From the NCBI RefSeq assembly GCF_003044035.1, contig NZ_NVQC01000036.1, forward strand, positions 30,001 to 62,000: 32,000 nucleotides of DNA. The letters run 5' to 3'. Position numbers and translations under genes: made by a program. The number at the start of each line of letters is the position of its first letter. Positions within the stretch are counted from its first letter, which is position 1. A model generated the notes under the pieces. That model did no database searches. It was given only the letters and a program-made list of their open reading frames with translations, and had not been told where the DNA came from. Shown one piece after another: positions 1-9,790 of the stretch. Origin of the DNA: Candidatus Methylomirabilis limnetica. GTDB taxonomy: Bacteria; Methylomirabilota; Methylomirabilia; Methylomirabilales; Methylomirabilaceae.

Positions 1-103
1 CCGTGCTTGACACGGAATCCAGTCGGGCCCGCTGGATACCGGCTTCCGCCGGTATGACGAACTCGCGGCAAGCGGCGGGGAATGAACCCCCAGTGGATTC
101 AAG
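1..103 (+). repeat. Family-A multi-hairpin intergenic element, copy 1 (cut by window edge, with an internal deletion relative to the other copies)
   Basis: Aligns with the 3' parts of 16638-16812 and 18709-18881 (ccgtgcttgac...gaatccagtcgggccc.ctggataccggcttccgccggtatgacgaactcgcggcaagc...gattcaag). ORF 3..293 across it is spurious. Confidence 0.8.
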
Positions 104-289
104 ACCTTCTCGGTTTCCACGACCTTTAGTTCTATCAGAGAGGACTCCTCATTGGGCAAGAAGTCCAAACGCTCCGACAAATTGCGACGTCATCAGCCAG
201 CTCACATGCCCGAAGTGTTGCGTGATTACTGCTTTACCCCTAACGGTCTTCAGCCTTCAGCCTATCTACCTGAGTAGTTACTCCCACTC

Positions 290-619
290 TTAGATCAGCC
301 GAAAGACCGGCCCATACGGGAGGACCTCTTCAAAAACCGCCGGATCGCCGATCTCCGCTGCTCTCCCAGCCGGGACGGTGAGTCGAGCCGTGACCCGCAG
401 CCCCTCTTCCAGATCGATGACCGCGATGTCGTACGGCTCCTGCCCCAGGAAGACGGTCGGCGGCACTCGAATAGTCGTGAAGGAGGTGAGCGTGCCTCTA
501 CCCGACAGGTTCACTGGCAGGATGGTTATCGCCCCACAGCGCCGGCAGGAGTGTTGAGGCCTGGCAAACAGGCCTTTGCAGGCGTCGCACGCAAACGCCT
601 CGAATGAGGCCATCCTCAT
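290..619 (-). CDS. DUF35-type zinc-ribbon/OB-fold protein (thiolase-associated)
   Basis: 109 aa. N-terminal CDAC...CRRC zinc-ribbon motif followed by an OB-fold-like segment. Its ATG overlaps the stop of the upstream thiolase gene (ATGA at 616-619), the usual thiolase/DUF35 pairing. Confidence 0.75.
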   Translation of the reverse strand: MRMASFEAFACDACKGLFARPQHSCRRCGAITILPVNLSGRGTLTSFTTIRVPPTVFLGQEPYDIAVIDLEEGLRVTARLTVPAGRAAEIGDPAVFEEVLPYGPVFRLI

Positions 620-1776
620 CGCCGCTTCAGGATGTGGACCGTACTGACCGCACCGGTCCCACCAAGGTTGTGAGCCAGGCCGATTTGGGCGCCCTTTACC
701 TGGTTGATCGCTTCACCCCTCAACTGCCCGACGATCTCATAGATCTGGGCGAGACCTGTGGCGCCGACCGGGTGACCCTTACTCAGCAGGCCTCCGCTCG
801 GATTGATCGGAAGCTTCCCGTCAAGCGCCGTGAGCCCATCGGCGACGGCCGGTCCCCCCTTCCCTTTCTCTACGAATCCCAGGTCTTCGATGGCCGTAAT
901 CTCAGCGATGGTGAAGCAATCGTGCACCTCGGCCACATCGATATCGCGCGGGGCGATACCGGCCTCTCGGTAGGCCTGCTGCGCGGCGGCCACCGAGGCC
1001 TCAAAGGTGGTCAGGTCCGCCATCTCGAACAGCGTCGCGGGACCAATGGCGTGACCGGAACCGATGACATCAATTGGCCGCTGGGTGAACTCGCTCGCCA
1101 GATCGGCCGCACATAGGACGGCAGCCGCAGCGCCATCGCTGATCGGCGTGCAATCATACAGTCGAAGCGGATCGCAAATTAGCCTTGAGCCCATGACCTC
1201 CTCCAAGGCTACTGGCTTCTGAAAGTGGGCTTTTGGATTGGCGCTGCCATTCTGCCGGTTCTTGACCGAGACCATCCCCACCTGCTCGCGCGTCGTCCCG
1301 TACTGGTGCATATGCCGCCGCATGATGATCCCGAAGGTCCCCGGGAAGGTGAGACCCAGTCGCATCTCGCTCTCTGCGTCGCCGGCTGAGGCCAGCGCCT
1401 CCGTCACCGCCCCTGTCTCCGCCGAGGTCATCTTTTCGACACCGGCGGCGAGCACGATATCGCACAGCCCCGATGCGATCAGCAGCACCCCATGACGGAA
1501 GGCGATACCTGATGAGGCGCACGCCCCTTCCACCCTCGTACAGGGAATCGGCCCGAGGCCGAGCCGATACGCGACGATCGGGGCCAGCGACCCTTGATGG
1601 ACCAGAGCCTCTGAGGCGAAGTTGCCGAGGTAGAATGACTGCACCAGGCTCGTGGGGACCTGTGCATCGTGAAGGGCTTCCCGGCATGCTTGCAGCGCCA
1701 GGTCAGTGATGCCGACGCCGGTCTGTTTCCCGAACGGCGTACATCCGACGCCAATGACCGACACCCCACGCATCAT
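616..1776 (-). CDS. Thiolase-family acetyl-CoA C-acyltransferase (SCP-x-like)
   Basis: 386 aa with a VEGACASSG active-site Cys region, a C-terminal NLGGTGA motif and thiolase-like length. ATG start at 1776. Confidence 0.85.
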   Translation of the reverse strand: MMRGVSVIGVGCTPFGKQTGVGITDLALQACREALHDAQVPTSLVQSFYLGNFASEALVHQGSLAPIVAYRLGLGPIPCTRVEGACASSGIAFRHGVLLIASGLCDIVLAAGVEKMTSAETGAVTEALASAGDAESEMRLGLTFPGTFGIIMRRHMHQYGTTREQVGMVSVKNRQNGSANPKAHFQKPVALEEVMGSRLICDPLRLYDCTPISDGAAAAVLCAADLASEFTQRPIDVIGSGHAIGPATLFEMADLTTFEASVAAAQQAYREAGIAPRDIDVAEVHDCFTIAEITAIEDLGFVEKGKGGPAVADGLTALDGKLPINPSGGLLSKGHPVGATGLAQIYEIVGQLRGEAINQVKGAQIGLAHNLGGTGAVSTVHILKRR

Positions 1777-1809
1777 GTTACCGTCAGCCGTCAGCGTTCA
1801 GCTATCAGC

Positions 1810-4635
1810 TCAAGCGCCGCAGCACTTCTTATATTTTCGGCCGCTGCCGCAGGGACAGTCGTCGTTCCGCCCAATCTTCTTTCCAACCACTTTGATGGGA
1901 GCGGTCGCGGATAGCGGCCGGAGGGAGCGCTCCGCAGCCCTCGGTTGCGGAGCGGATGGAGGACGAAGGACATGGTCGCTATCCCCGCCCCCGCCAGGTG
2001 GCGCGTCCCGTGCCTCCGCAAACGCGAGGGCCTCGTCGGGCGCCACTTGGACCCTGTAGAGATACTCGATCGTCTGCTGCTTAAGCCGCTCGACCATCGC
2101 CTCGAACATCGCGAAGCCTTCGCGTTTGTACTCGATGAGCGGATCTTTTTGACCGTACCCTCGAAGGCCGATCCCTTCTTTCAGGTGATCCATGGCCAGG
2201 AGGTGGTCTTTCCACTGCGAGTCCACTACCTGCAACATGACCATCCGCTCCAGGTATCGTATCACCTCCGTGCCGAGTCTCGCCTCCCGCTCCTCGTGGA
2301 ACTTGAGCGCTCGATCCTCAATACTATCGCGTAGCAACGCCACAGTGAGCGACCCCACTTCCTCTGCAGGCCACGAGATCTCCAGATCGAACTGTCTTTT
2401 CACCGCCTCGGTGAGGCCCGCCAGATCCCACTCCTCGGGATAGCTCTCTGCGTTGACGTAGAGCGAGAGCATCTCGTCGATCACCTCGCCCCGCATCTCA
2501 GCCAGGGTGTCCTGTAGGCTCTCGCCATCAAGGATCTTGCGGCGCTCAGCGTAGATGATCTGCCGCTGCTTATTCATCACGTCATCGTATTCGATGAGGT
2601 GCTTGCGAATCTCGAAGTTATGGGCCTCTACTCGCTTTTGAGCCGTCTCGATCGCGCGGGTGACCATGCTGTGCTCAATCGGCTCCCCCTCCTCAATCCC
2701 CAGCTTCTCCATGATGGTGCTGATACGGTCGGATCCGAACAGGCGAAGAAGATCGTCTTCCAGCGAGAGGTAGAAGCGGGATGAGCCAGGGTCGCCCTGA
2801 CGACCGGCGCGCCCCCGAAGCTGATTATCGATGCGTCGGGCCTCATGGCGCTCGGTCCCGATGATGTGCATGCCGTCCTGGTCGACCACCTGTCGGTGTT
2901 CGGCCTCGGTCTGCTTGCGAACTACGGCCAGCGCCGCGGCATACTCCTCGGCGTTCACCGACAGATCCAGCAGGCCATAGTGCTGCATCTGACGGACCTC
3001 CTCGATCGTATTGGCCAGCTCATGAGGATCGACCCCATCCTCCGGCGCCTCACCCCGTCCGAGCAGCTCCGCCGCCAGGAACTTCGGACTACCACCCAGG
3101 AGGATATCGGTCCCGCGGCCGGCCATATTGGTGGCGATGGTAACCGCCTTAAAGCGGCCGGCCTGAGCCACGATCTCGGCCTCCCGCTCGTGCTGCTTGG
3201 CGTTCAGCACCTGATGAGGTATTCCCTTTCGTTTCAGAAGAGCCGAGAGCTTTTCGTTCTTTTCGATCGAGGTGGTCCCGACCAGGATCGGCCGTCCGGT
3301 CTTGTGTAGCTCTGCGATCTCTTCCACGACAGCGTCGTACTTTTCTCGTACGCTCTTATAAATGACATCCGGGTAGTTGGTCCTGACCATCGGCTGGTTC
3401 GTCGGCATCACCATCACGTCCAGATTGTAGATCTGGGCGAATTCCGCAGCCTCCGTATCGGCCGTCCCGGTCATCCCCGCAAGCTTTTTGTACATCCGGA
3501 AGTAGTTCTGGAAGGTAATAGTGGCCAGGGTCTGGTTCTCCCGTTCGATCTTGACCCGCTCTTTGGCCTCTACCGCCTGATGGAGCCCATCGCTCCACCG
3601 CCTCCCGGGCATCAGACGGCCGGTGAACTCATCGACGATTATCACCTCACCATCCTTAACCACATAGTCTACGTCCAGCTTGAAGAGGACATGGGCCTTC
3701 AGCGCCTGCTGGACGTGATGGACGAACTCTATGTGGGCTGGATCGTAGAGGTTCTTCACCCCCAGGAGGCCCTCCACCTTGGCCATGCCACTATCGGTCA
3801 GGGCGACCGACTTCGCCTTTTCGTCAACCATATAATCCCCGGACACTTGAGCCTCCGCCTCGTACATCTTGCCGCCCACAATGGTGGCCCCCCGCTTCAG
3901 CCGCGGGATGATCTGATCGATCTGGTAGTACTTCTCGGTCGATTCCTCCGCCGGCCCGGAGATGATGAGCGGGGTTCGGGCCTCATCGATCAGGATTGAG
4001 TCTACCTCATCCACTATGGCATAGTGCAGATCACGCTGCACGAAGTCCGCGGCGGAAAACTTCATATTATCGCGCAGGTAATCAAAACCGTATTCGTTGT
4101 TGGTCCCGTAGGTGACATCGGCGTCATAGGACAGTTTTCGAGGCGTGTCGGCCAGGTCGTGCTGGATCAGGCCCACGGAGAGTCCCAGGAACCGGTAGAT
4201 CCCGCCCATCCACTGGCTATCTCGCTTGGCAAGATAGTCGTTCACGGTCACCACGTGGACACCCTTTCCCTCCAGGGCATTCAGGTAGACAGGGAGCGTG
4301 GCCGCCAGGGTTTTGCCTTCGCCGGTCGCCATCTCGGCGATCTTGCCCTCGTGCAGGACGATGCCACCAAGCATCTGGACATCGAAGTGGCGCATATTGA
4401 GTACGCGGCGCCCTGCCTCCCGCACGACCGCAAAGGCCTCAACGAGGAGATCGTTGACGGTTGCCCCCTGTACAATCCGCTCCCTGAACTCGGTCGTCTT
4501 GCCGCGAAGGTCGTCATCGGAGAGCGCCTTCAGTTTTGGCTCCAGCTCATTGATCGCCGCCACCATCGGCTGGATTCGCTTGAGCTCCCGCTCATTTTTT
4601 GTTCCAACAATCCTGGACACCAACTTCATGAACAT
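1810..4635 (-). CDS. secA: Preprotein translocase ATPase SecA
   Basis: 941 aa. N-terminus ...[18 protein letters not shown], Walker [28 protein letters not shown], and a C-terminal zinc-binding tail [25 protein letters not shown] lies 7 nt before the ATG. Confidence 0.97.
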   Translation of the reverse strand: MFMKLVSRIVGTKNERELKRIQPMVAAINELEPKLKALSDDDLRGKTTEFRERIVQGATVNDLLVEAFAVVREAGRRVLNMRHFDVQMLGGIVLHEGKIAEMATGEGKTLAATLPVYLNALEGKGVHVVTVNDYLAKRDSQWMGGIYRFLGLSVGLIQHDLADTPRKLSYDADVTYGTNNEYGFDYLRDNMKFSAADFVQRDLHYAIVDEVDSILIDEARTPLIISGPAEESTEKYYQIDQIIPRLKRGATIVGGKMYEAEAQVSGDYMVDEKAKSVALTDSGMAKVEGLLGVKNLYDPAHIEFVHHVQQALKAHVLFKLDVDYVVKDGEVIIVDEFTGRLMPGRRWSDGLHQAVEAKERVKIERENQTLATITFQNYFRMYKKLAGMTGTADTEAAEFAQIYNLDVMVMPTNQPMVRTNYPDVIYKSVREKYDAVVEEIAELHKTGRPILVGTTSIEKNEKLSALLKRKGIPHQVLNAKQHEREAEIVAQAGRFKAVTIATNMAGRGTDILLGGSPKFLAAELLGRGEAPEDGVDPHELANTIEEVRQMQHYGLLDLSVNAEEYAAALAVVRKQTEAEHRQVVDQDGMHIIGTERHEARRIDNQLRGRAGRQGDPGSSRFYLSLEDDLLRLFGSDRISTIMEKLGIEEGEPIEHSMVTRAIETAQKRVEAHNFEIRKHLIEYDDVMNKQRQIIYAERRKILDGESLQDTLAEMRGEVIDEMLSLYVNAESYPEEWDLAGLTEAVKRQFDLEISWPAEEVGSLTVALLRDSIEDRALKFHEEREARLGTEVIRYLERMVMLQVVDSQWKDHLLAMDHLKEGIGLRGYGQKDPLIEYKREGFAMFEAMVERLKQQTIEYLYRVQVAPDEALAFAEARDAPPGGGGDSDHVLRPPSAPQPRAAERSLRPLSATAPIKVVGKKIGRNDDCPCGSGRKYKKCCGA

Positions 4636-4677
4636 CGTTGAGCCCTCTCCTCCCTAATATCTAGCGATTTCGAGCGG

Positions 4678-4706
4678 ATACTACCATAGAAGCGGGAAGC
4701 CTTCAA
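4678..4706 (-). promoter_or_regulatory. Candidate sigma70-type promoter for secA (TTGAAG-17 nt-TAGTAT)
   Basis: Minus-strand TTGAAG (4706-4701), a 17-nt spacer, then TAGTAT (4683-4678), about 45 nt upstream of the secA ATG. Pattern match only. Confidence 0.4.
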
Positions 4707-4776
4707 TCCGAAAGGAGCCTCCAAAAATGGGTGCACCGTGTACGCCAGGGGTATTGCGAGGCCTACGAAGTCTGGC

Positions 4777-4830
4777 GTAGGGGCGCTGCTTGCCGCGCCC
4801 ATCACGGGCAGGGCAAGCCCTGCCCCTACG
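4777..4830 (+). repeat. Family-E GC-rich cruciform element, copy 1
   Basis: gtaggggcgctgcttgccgcgccc...gggcagggcaagccctgcccctac. Outer arms are GTAGGGGC/GCCCCTAC, with two inner hairpins. About 85% identical to 15501-15551. Confidence 0.75.
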
Positions 4831-4874
4831 CAACAACAAACAAAAACCCCCGAAGAGCCTGCTCCTCCGGGGGT
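4831..4874 (-). terminator. Rho-independent terminator after the M23 peptidase gene
   Basis: Minus strand reads acccccggaggagcaggctcttcggggg (G/C-rich stem) followed directly by TTTTTGTTTGTTGTTG. It sits 36 nt downstream of the stop at 4910. Confidence 0.7.
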
Positions 4875-4909
4875 CCTAGCCCACAACCTATAACCAGGCG
4901 ATCCGATCG

Positions 4910-5875
4910 CTACTCGGCCGAGTCACCGTTCCCGAGATATTTCACCGTTTCCTGATCGATGACATACTTGGTTGGATCAACCGACACCTCGTTCACCTGG
5001 ATCTCGTAATGAAGGTGGGGCCCGGTCACGCGGCCCGTTGTCCCCACCAAGCCAATAATGTCCCCCCTTCTCACCCGCTGACCCTGCGATACCTTGTGCT
5101 GTTGCAGGTGGGCATAGAAGGTGGAGATCTTGTGGCCGTGATCGATTGAGACCACGTCGCCGAAACCGCCGAGCGGACCCGTATACGTGACGATCCCATC
5201 GGCAGGGGCGATGACCGACGTCCCAACGGTGTTCGCGATATCGACTCCTTCATGCATCTGTCGCTGCCCGGTAAAGGGTGAGCGACGCTGCCCGAACCCG
5301 GCCGTGAGCCACCCTTTGGTTGGCCAGATGGTCGGGGTAGAGGCCAGAAGGCTCCGCTTCGTCTCGAGCGACCCGATCAGACCCTGAAAGCTCTTGTTGC
5401 GATCGTTCATCTCGCGGCTTAATCGGTCGAACTCTCCGCCCAGGTTATCAGCCCTAATCCCCGTTGAAGGGTTAGCGGGTGAGGTCTGGTGAGCGACGGC
5501 CGCCACCAGCAGGGCACTCGAACTCAAGGTATCCGCCCCTCCCACGCCAACGATCGAACTCTCCGCGTCCTTCACCTCCAGACCGGCTGCCGTCCGCAAA
5601 CGAACGTCGAACTCCCGGAGCTGGACCATTTGACTCTCGAGACCTTCAAATTTCTGCAGCAGGTTGGCCTGCTCGTTTGATGTTGTTCGAAGCTGGCGGA
5701 GCTCCAGCATGTGGCCGGTATGGCCCACCGCCTGATAGATGAGGAAGAGAAAGGCGATAAAAATGAAGCCTGAGGTAACAGCAAGCGCGCTGAGGAGGGG
5801 TTTAGCGATATGGAATCTTCGGATATGGGAGCTGGCATCGGGAAGGACAAGGACCGTGAAAAACTTCTTCGCCAT
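4910..5875 (-). CDS. M23-family metallopeptidase (murein endopeptidase-like), membrane anchored
   Basis: 321 aa. N-terminal TM segment, a coiled-coil-like middle, and a C-terminal M23 signature HEGVDI...GPHLHYEI. Confidence 0.9.
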   Translation of the reverse strand: MAKKFFTVLVLPDASSHIRRFHIAKPLLSALAVTSGFIFIAFLFLIYQAVGHTGHMLELRQLRTTSNEQANLLQKFEGLESQMVQLREFDVRLRTAAGLEVKDAESSIVGVGGADTLSSSALLVAAVAHQTSPANPSTGIRADNLGGEFDRLSREMNDRNKSFQGLIGSLETKRSLLASTPTIWPTKGWLTAGFGQRRSPFTGQRQMHEGVDIANTVGTSVIAPADGIVTYTGPLGGFGDVVSIDHGHKISTFYAHLQQHKVSQGQRVRRGDIIGLVGTTGRVTGPHLHYEIQVNEVSVDPTKYVIDQETVKYLGNGDSAE

Positions 5876-5951
5876 CGAGCCACATCCTTTTCAGTGTTGT
5901 TCCGCTCACGAACCGCAAACTACCGATGCGCGCAAAGGTAGCCGTTCGTCC

Positions 5952-5981
5952 TTTCTATCAAGAACGACCGGAAGGTGTCAA
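5952..5981 (-). promoter_or_regulatory. Candidate promoter for the M23 peptidase gene (TTGACA-18 nt-TAGAAA)
   Basis: Minus-strand TTGACA (5981-5976), an 18-nt spacer, then TAGAAA (5957-5952), about 75 nt upstream of the ATG. Pattern match only. Confidence 0.3.
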
Positions 5982-6000
5982 GTATTTTCGCTTCCCACCG

Positions 6001-6158
6001 GTAACCATTCAGTGAGAGGGGGGAAATCATTAAATAAAATGTGGTAGGTTTTTATAAAATCCCCCTTAATCCCCCTTTCTCAAAGGGGGAAACGGGTAGT
6101 CCCCCTCTTTGGAAAAGAGGGGCTAGGGGAGATTTTCCACCCGTAACTGAATGGTTAC
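6001..6158 (+). mobile_element. Family-B MITE, copy 1 (158 bp, 13-bp TIR GTAACCATTCAGT)
   Basis: Perfect 13-bp terminal inverted repeats and internal C5/G5 hairpins (ccccctttctcaaaggggg, ccccctctttggaaaagagggg). Flanked by TCCCACCG / TCCCAACG (7/8 direct repeat). About 96% identical to the reverse complement of 12906-13064. Confidence 0.85.
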
Positions 6159-6311
6159 TCCCAACGCTCGTTATTATGGGGAGCATTAACTAGATTGCAC
6201 TCTTGCACAACATCTCCAGTAACTTCCCCCTTTGCTAAAGGGGGAGGCAAGCTATTTTATGCTCTGAGTAATATTGGGATACTTGTGGCGTGCATCAAGG
6301 TGCAGCACATC

Positions 6312-7431
6312 TCATTTCGCAGCCTCAGACGCGCTTCGCCCTTTCAGCAAAAAGGCATCGATGAATGGCTCGATCTCTCCGTCGAGAACTTTCTCGACAT
6401 TACCCGTCTCCAGGCCGGTCCGGTGATCCTTAACGAGCTGGTAGGGCGCGAGCACGTACGAACGAATCTGGCTGCCCCACGCAATGTCCTTCTTTTCGCC
6501 TTCGAGCTTGGCCATTTCCTTCTCTTGCTCTCGACGATAGTAGTCGTACAGTCTGGAGCGCAGGACCTTCATGGCCATGGCCTTATTCTTATGCTGCGAG
6601 CGTTCATTCTGACAGGAGACAACGATACCCGTCGGCAGATGGGTGAGCCGCACCGCCGAGTCAGTGACGTTCACATGCTGCCCGCCTGCCCCGCTGGAGC
6701 GGTAGGTGTCAACGCGCAGATCCTTCTCGTCGATAGATACATCAATGGTGTCATCGATCTCAGGGTAGACGAAGATCGAAGCAAAGGAGGTGTGACGGCG
6801 GTGGTTGGCATCGAACGGAGAGATGCGAACGAGACGGTGGACCCCAATCTCGGCTTTCAGGCGGCCATAGGCATACTTGCCCGTCACCGTCACCGTGGCA
6901 CTCTTGATCCCTGCCTCCTCCGCAGGGAGCAGGTCGATAACCTCAGTCTTATAGCGACCGGCTTCCGCCCAACGCAGGTACATCCGCAGCAGCATCTGTG
7001 CCCAATCCTGCGACTCGGTACCGCCGGCGCCTGGATTGACGGTAATGATCGCGTTGCCCTGGTCGTATTCTCCAATCATGACCGTCGTTATCTCGAGCGC
7101 GGCGATCTGGCTCTCCAGGCTCTTAAGCGAACCCTCCAACTCTTTCAGAGCCTGTGGGTCTTCTTCCTCCCGCAGCAGCCCGAGCAAGATCGTCAGATCC
7201 TCTAGCTCGCGCCCGATGGCCTCCGGTTGGTCAACCACATCCTTCAGCGCGCGTTGTTCCTTCATGGTTTCCCGAGCACTGGAGGCGTCGGCCCAGAATT
7301 CCTGTGAATGGAGCAGCTCTTCAATCGCGATTAGACGTAACTGCTTTGCCTCTACGTCAAAGGTAGATCCATAGGGTATGGAGCTTCTCCTTTAATTCAT
7401 CGAGTGTGCGCGCGAACTCCGGGATGATCAT
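6312..7431 (-). CDS. prfB: Peptide chain release factor 2, requires programmed +1 frameshift
   Basis: Frame 0 runs from the ATG at 7431 through 24 codons (MIIPEFARTLDELKEKLHTLWIYL) to CTT TGA C. The +1 frame from GAC (7358) runs to the stop at 6312 and contains the SPF (RISPFD) and GGQ (SGAGGQHVN) motifs. The ATG overlaps the lnt stop (ATGA). Confidence 0.93.
7356..7362 (-). promoter_or_regulatory. RF2 autoregulatory +1 frameshift site CTT TGA C
   Basis: Minus strand reads ...TGG ATC TAC CTT TGA CGT AGA.... This is the canonical CUU UGA C slippery/stop context. Confidence 0.9.
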
Positions 7432-8990
7432 TGCGTTCTCCTGTGTGAAGCGGCGGCAGACACCGAAGCGATTCGAACGGCACTCCGGGCCCACGTTGCC
7501 ATGGACACTACGACGATGAAGATGACACAGACCCACGCGAAGAGATCACCGTGACGAGTGTAAAAGGTTTGCGTTCGCTCTACGCGAATCTGATCTGTAA
7601 TCACGGTGGGTACAAAGATATCGGAGGCCTGGAGAATCCGACCACTCGGATCCACAATAGCGGAAATGCCGGTATTGGCCGCTCGGATCAGATAGCGACG
7701 GTTCTCGGCGGCCCGAAGGGCAGCCATTGCCAGATGCTGGGCCGGGGCAGCCGACCGGCCAAACCACGCATCGTTTGTGATATTGACCAGGAACTCTGCC
7801 CCTTCTTTCACGTGGCGTCGAACCTGATCCGGAAAGATCGCCTCATAACAGATGGTGGCTCCGAAGCGGCCGCCCGGAGTATCAAAGATGGTGTAGGTCC
7901 GGCCCCCTTCGAAGTCGCCTATTCCGTACGCCAGCTTATGGACGAAAGATAGGATCGAACCGAGGGGAACGTACTCTCCAAAGGGAACCATGTGAATTTT
8001 GTCGTACCTGCTGAGGAGTTCCCGCTTGGGAGAGATCAGGAATGCGCTATTATGGTAGCGGGTACCGCCATTGGCGGCTGCGGGTGGCTCGGCATCCGGA
8101 CTGCCCACCAGCAGATAGCTACCGGTTTCAGCAGCGATGTCCAAGACGCGACCTTGCAACGCAGGTTCATGCCGAAGGAAGAAAGGAACGGCGGTTTCAG
8201 GCCACACGATGAGGGCCGGGGCGTACTTTGCCGCCTCCAGGCTGAGACTGCGATATCGCTCGATGGTGGCTGCCTGCATCGCCGTATCCCACTTCGACCC
8301 CTGGTCGATGTTGCCTTGCACTAGAGCGACCCGAATCGCCTGTTCCGATCCAGCAGACGTAGCCGGCGGCGACAGCAGTCTCGGAGCGGCGAGGAGGGCC
8401 AGGGTAAGAGCCCCGGCGAAGACGATGCTCCGAAAACGGGCGGGCGCGCCTCCAACCCACTGCGCCAGTGCGATGTTGATGAGCACCACCAGAAACGAAA
8501 GACCGTACACCCCAGCGACGGACGCAATTGGTAAAAGCGAGATATGCCGGTATTGCGTGTACCCCAGGAGGATCCAGGGAAATCCCGTCAGTGCATAGGT
8601 TCGTAGATACTCCAAACCGACCCACAAGGCCGATGGGACAAGAAGGTTGAGAGGCCACGGCGCACTCGCCATCCACGAGGTACCCATAGCGAATAATCCA
8701 ATGTAGAGCGAGAGGTATGCTGCCAGGAGGACAAGCGCAAGCGCGCTAAGAGCGACAGGCACGCCGCCGTATACCGACATCGAATGCGTCACCCATGAGA
8801 CGCTGATGAGGTAAAAGAGCCATCCCGCAAGAGTCCCGAGATAGAAGGCTCGAACCGGAGCCATGCCGCGAATGGCCAACAGTAATGGGATAAGGGCCAC
8901 GAACGCCAGCCATCCCAGGTCTGGTGACGGAAACGCGAGGATGAGGAGCCCTGCTGAAAGCGCAGCCAGCAAGATCGACGTCATACCCAC
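7428..8990 (-). CDS. lnt: Apolipoprotein N-acyltransferase
   Basis: About 518-520 aa. Multi-TM N-terminal half plus a CN-hydrolase domain (VWPETAVP, ATICYEAIFP). The start is either GTG 8990 or, more likely, ATG 8984, which overlaps the cdsA stop (ATGA). Confidence 0.92.
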   Translation of the reverse strand: MGMTSILLAALSAGLLILAFPSPDLGWLAFVALIPLLLAIRGMAPVRAFYLGTLAGWLFYLISVSWVTHSMSVYGGVPVALSALALVLLAAYLSLYIGLFAMGTSWMASAPWPLNLLVPSALWVGLEYLRTYALTGFPWILLGYTQYRHISLLPIASVAGVYGLSFLVVLINIALAQWVGGAPARFRSIVFAGALTLALLAAPRLLSPPATSAGSEQAIRVALVQGNIDQGSKWDTAMQAATIERYRSLSLEAAKYAPALIVWPETAVPFFLRHEPALQGRVLDIAAETGSYLLVGSPDAEPPAAANGGTRYHNSAFLISPKRELLSRYDKIHMVPFGEYVPLGSILSFVHKLAYGIGDFEGGRTYTIFDTPGGRFGATICYEAIFPDQVRRHVKEGAEFLVNITNDAWFGRSAAPAQHLAMAALRAAENRRYLIRAANTGISAIVDPSGRILQASDIFVPTVITDQIRVERTQTFYTRHGDLFAWVCVIFIVVVSMATWARSAVRIASVSAAASHRRTQ

Positions 8991-9784
8991 CCCGCCAGCG
9001 CAGCCACATAGAGGACCGGCCCAGTGAAGAGGAGGCTATCCACTCGATCCAGCACACCGCCGTGGCCCGGGATCAGCCTGCCGGAGTCCTTCACCCCGAA
9101 ACTTCGTTTCAGCATAGATTCGCATAGATCCCCAGCCTGACCCAGCACGCCCAGCCCGAGTCCAAGCGCGAGGCATTCGACGGTCCCGAGATCCTCCCAG
9201 AACCAGAACTTGGCCAGGCCGGAGGCTAACACAGAACAGATAAGTCCGCCCACGCTCCCTTCCACGGTCTTGCCAGGACTGATGGAGGGACAGAGCGACC
9301 TCTTCCCCATCGCCGAACCGACATAGAACGCCCCGGTGTCTCCTGCCCAGGTGACGAAGACAAGGTAAAAGATATAGATGCGCCCCAACACCATGGCCCG
9401 CAGGAGCGATGGAAAGCTCAGCAGTCCCACGACATAGATGAGGCCGAGCAGGGTGATTGCCCCCCGCGAGGCAGCCTCTTTCGGCTCCGTCCCCCCCACC
9501 AGGAGACTGAGAAGCAGGAGGACGACCACCCCCGCCATGGCCGATATCAGCCAGGGTGCCGGCGCTCCGAGAAACTCCATGCAACTCAGCGCCAGGCCGC
9601 TCCCCATCCCCAGGAGCGTCAACGGATGCCAGCCACCGGCCCTTGCCATCCCGTAGAACTCGTACAGTCCAACCATGATCGCGAGAGTAACAAGTAAGAA
9701 GAAATGGAAAGGGGTTCCGAACTGAACCAGCAGGAGAAAGGCTGGGAGGAGGGCGACAGCACTGAGGATCCTTTTCAGATGCAT
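8981..9784 (-). CDS. cdsA: Phosphatidate cytidylyltransferase
   Basis: 267 aa polytopic membrane protein with the CdsA signature SMLKRSFGVKDSGRLIPGHGGVLDRVDS. Confidence 0.93.
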   Translation of the reverse strand: MHLKRILSAVALLPAFLLLVQFGTPFHFFLLVTLAIMVGLYEFYGMARAGGWHPLTLLGMGSGLALSCMEFLGAPAPWLISAMAGVVVLLLLSLLVGGTEPKEAASRGAITLLGLIYVVGLLSFPSLLRAMVLGRIYIFYLVFVTWAGDTGAFYVGSAMGKRSLCPSISPGKTVEGSVGGLICSVLASGLAKFWFWEDLGTVECLALGLGLGVLGQAGDLCESMLKRSFGVKDSGRLIPGHGGVLDRVDSLLFTGPVLYVAALAGWV

Positions 9785-9790
9785 ATAACG

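Noticed and set aside
3-293. ORFs translated across family-A repeats (3..293, 16599..16811, 18752..18970, 21732..21929, 21866..22126)
   Set aside because: The shared peptide segments (…AGIQ…LDSPVSSTGQA…) arise from a repeated, hairpin-rich intergenic element. There are no RBSs and the frames are inconsistent between copies.
1154-1769. Alternative-frame ORFs within the thiolase gene (1154..1687, 1479..1769 and the plus-strand ones)
   Set aside because: The thiolase frame carries the conserved motifs. The others are compositional artefacts.
6195-7205. 336-aa plus-strand ORF
   Set aside because: Antisense to prfB (SPF and GGQ motifs on the minus strand). No recognisable motifs.
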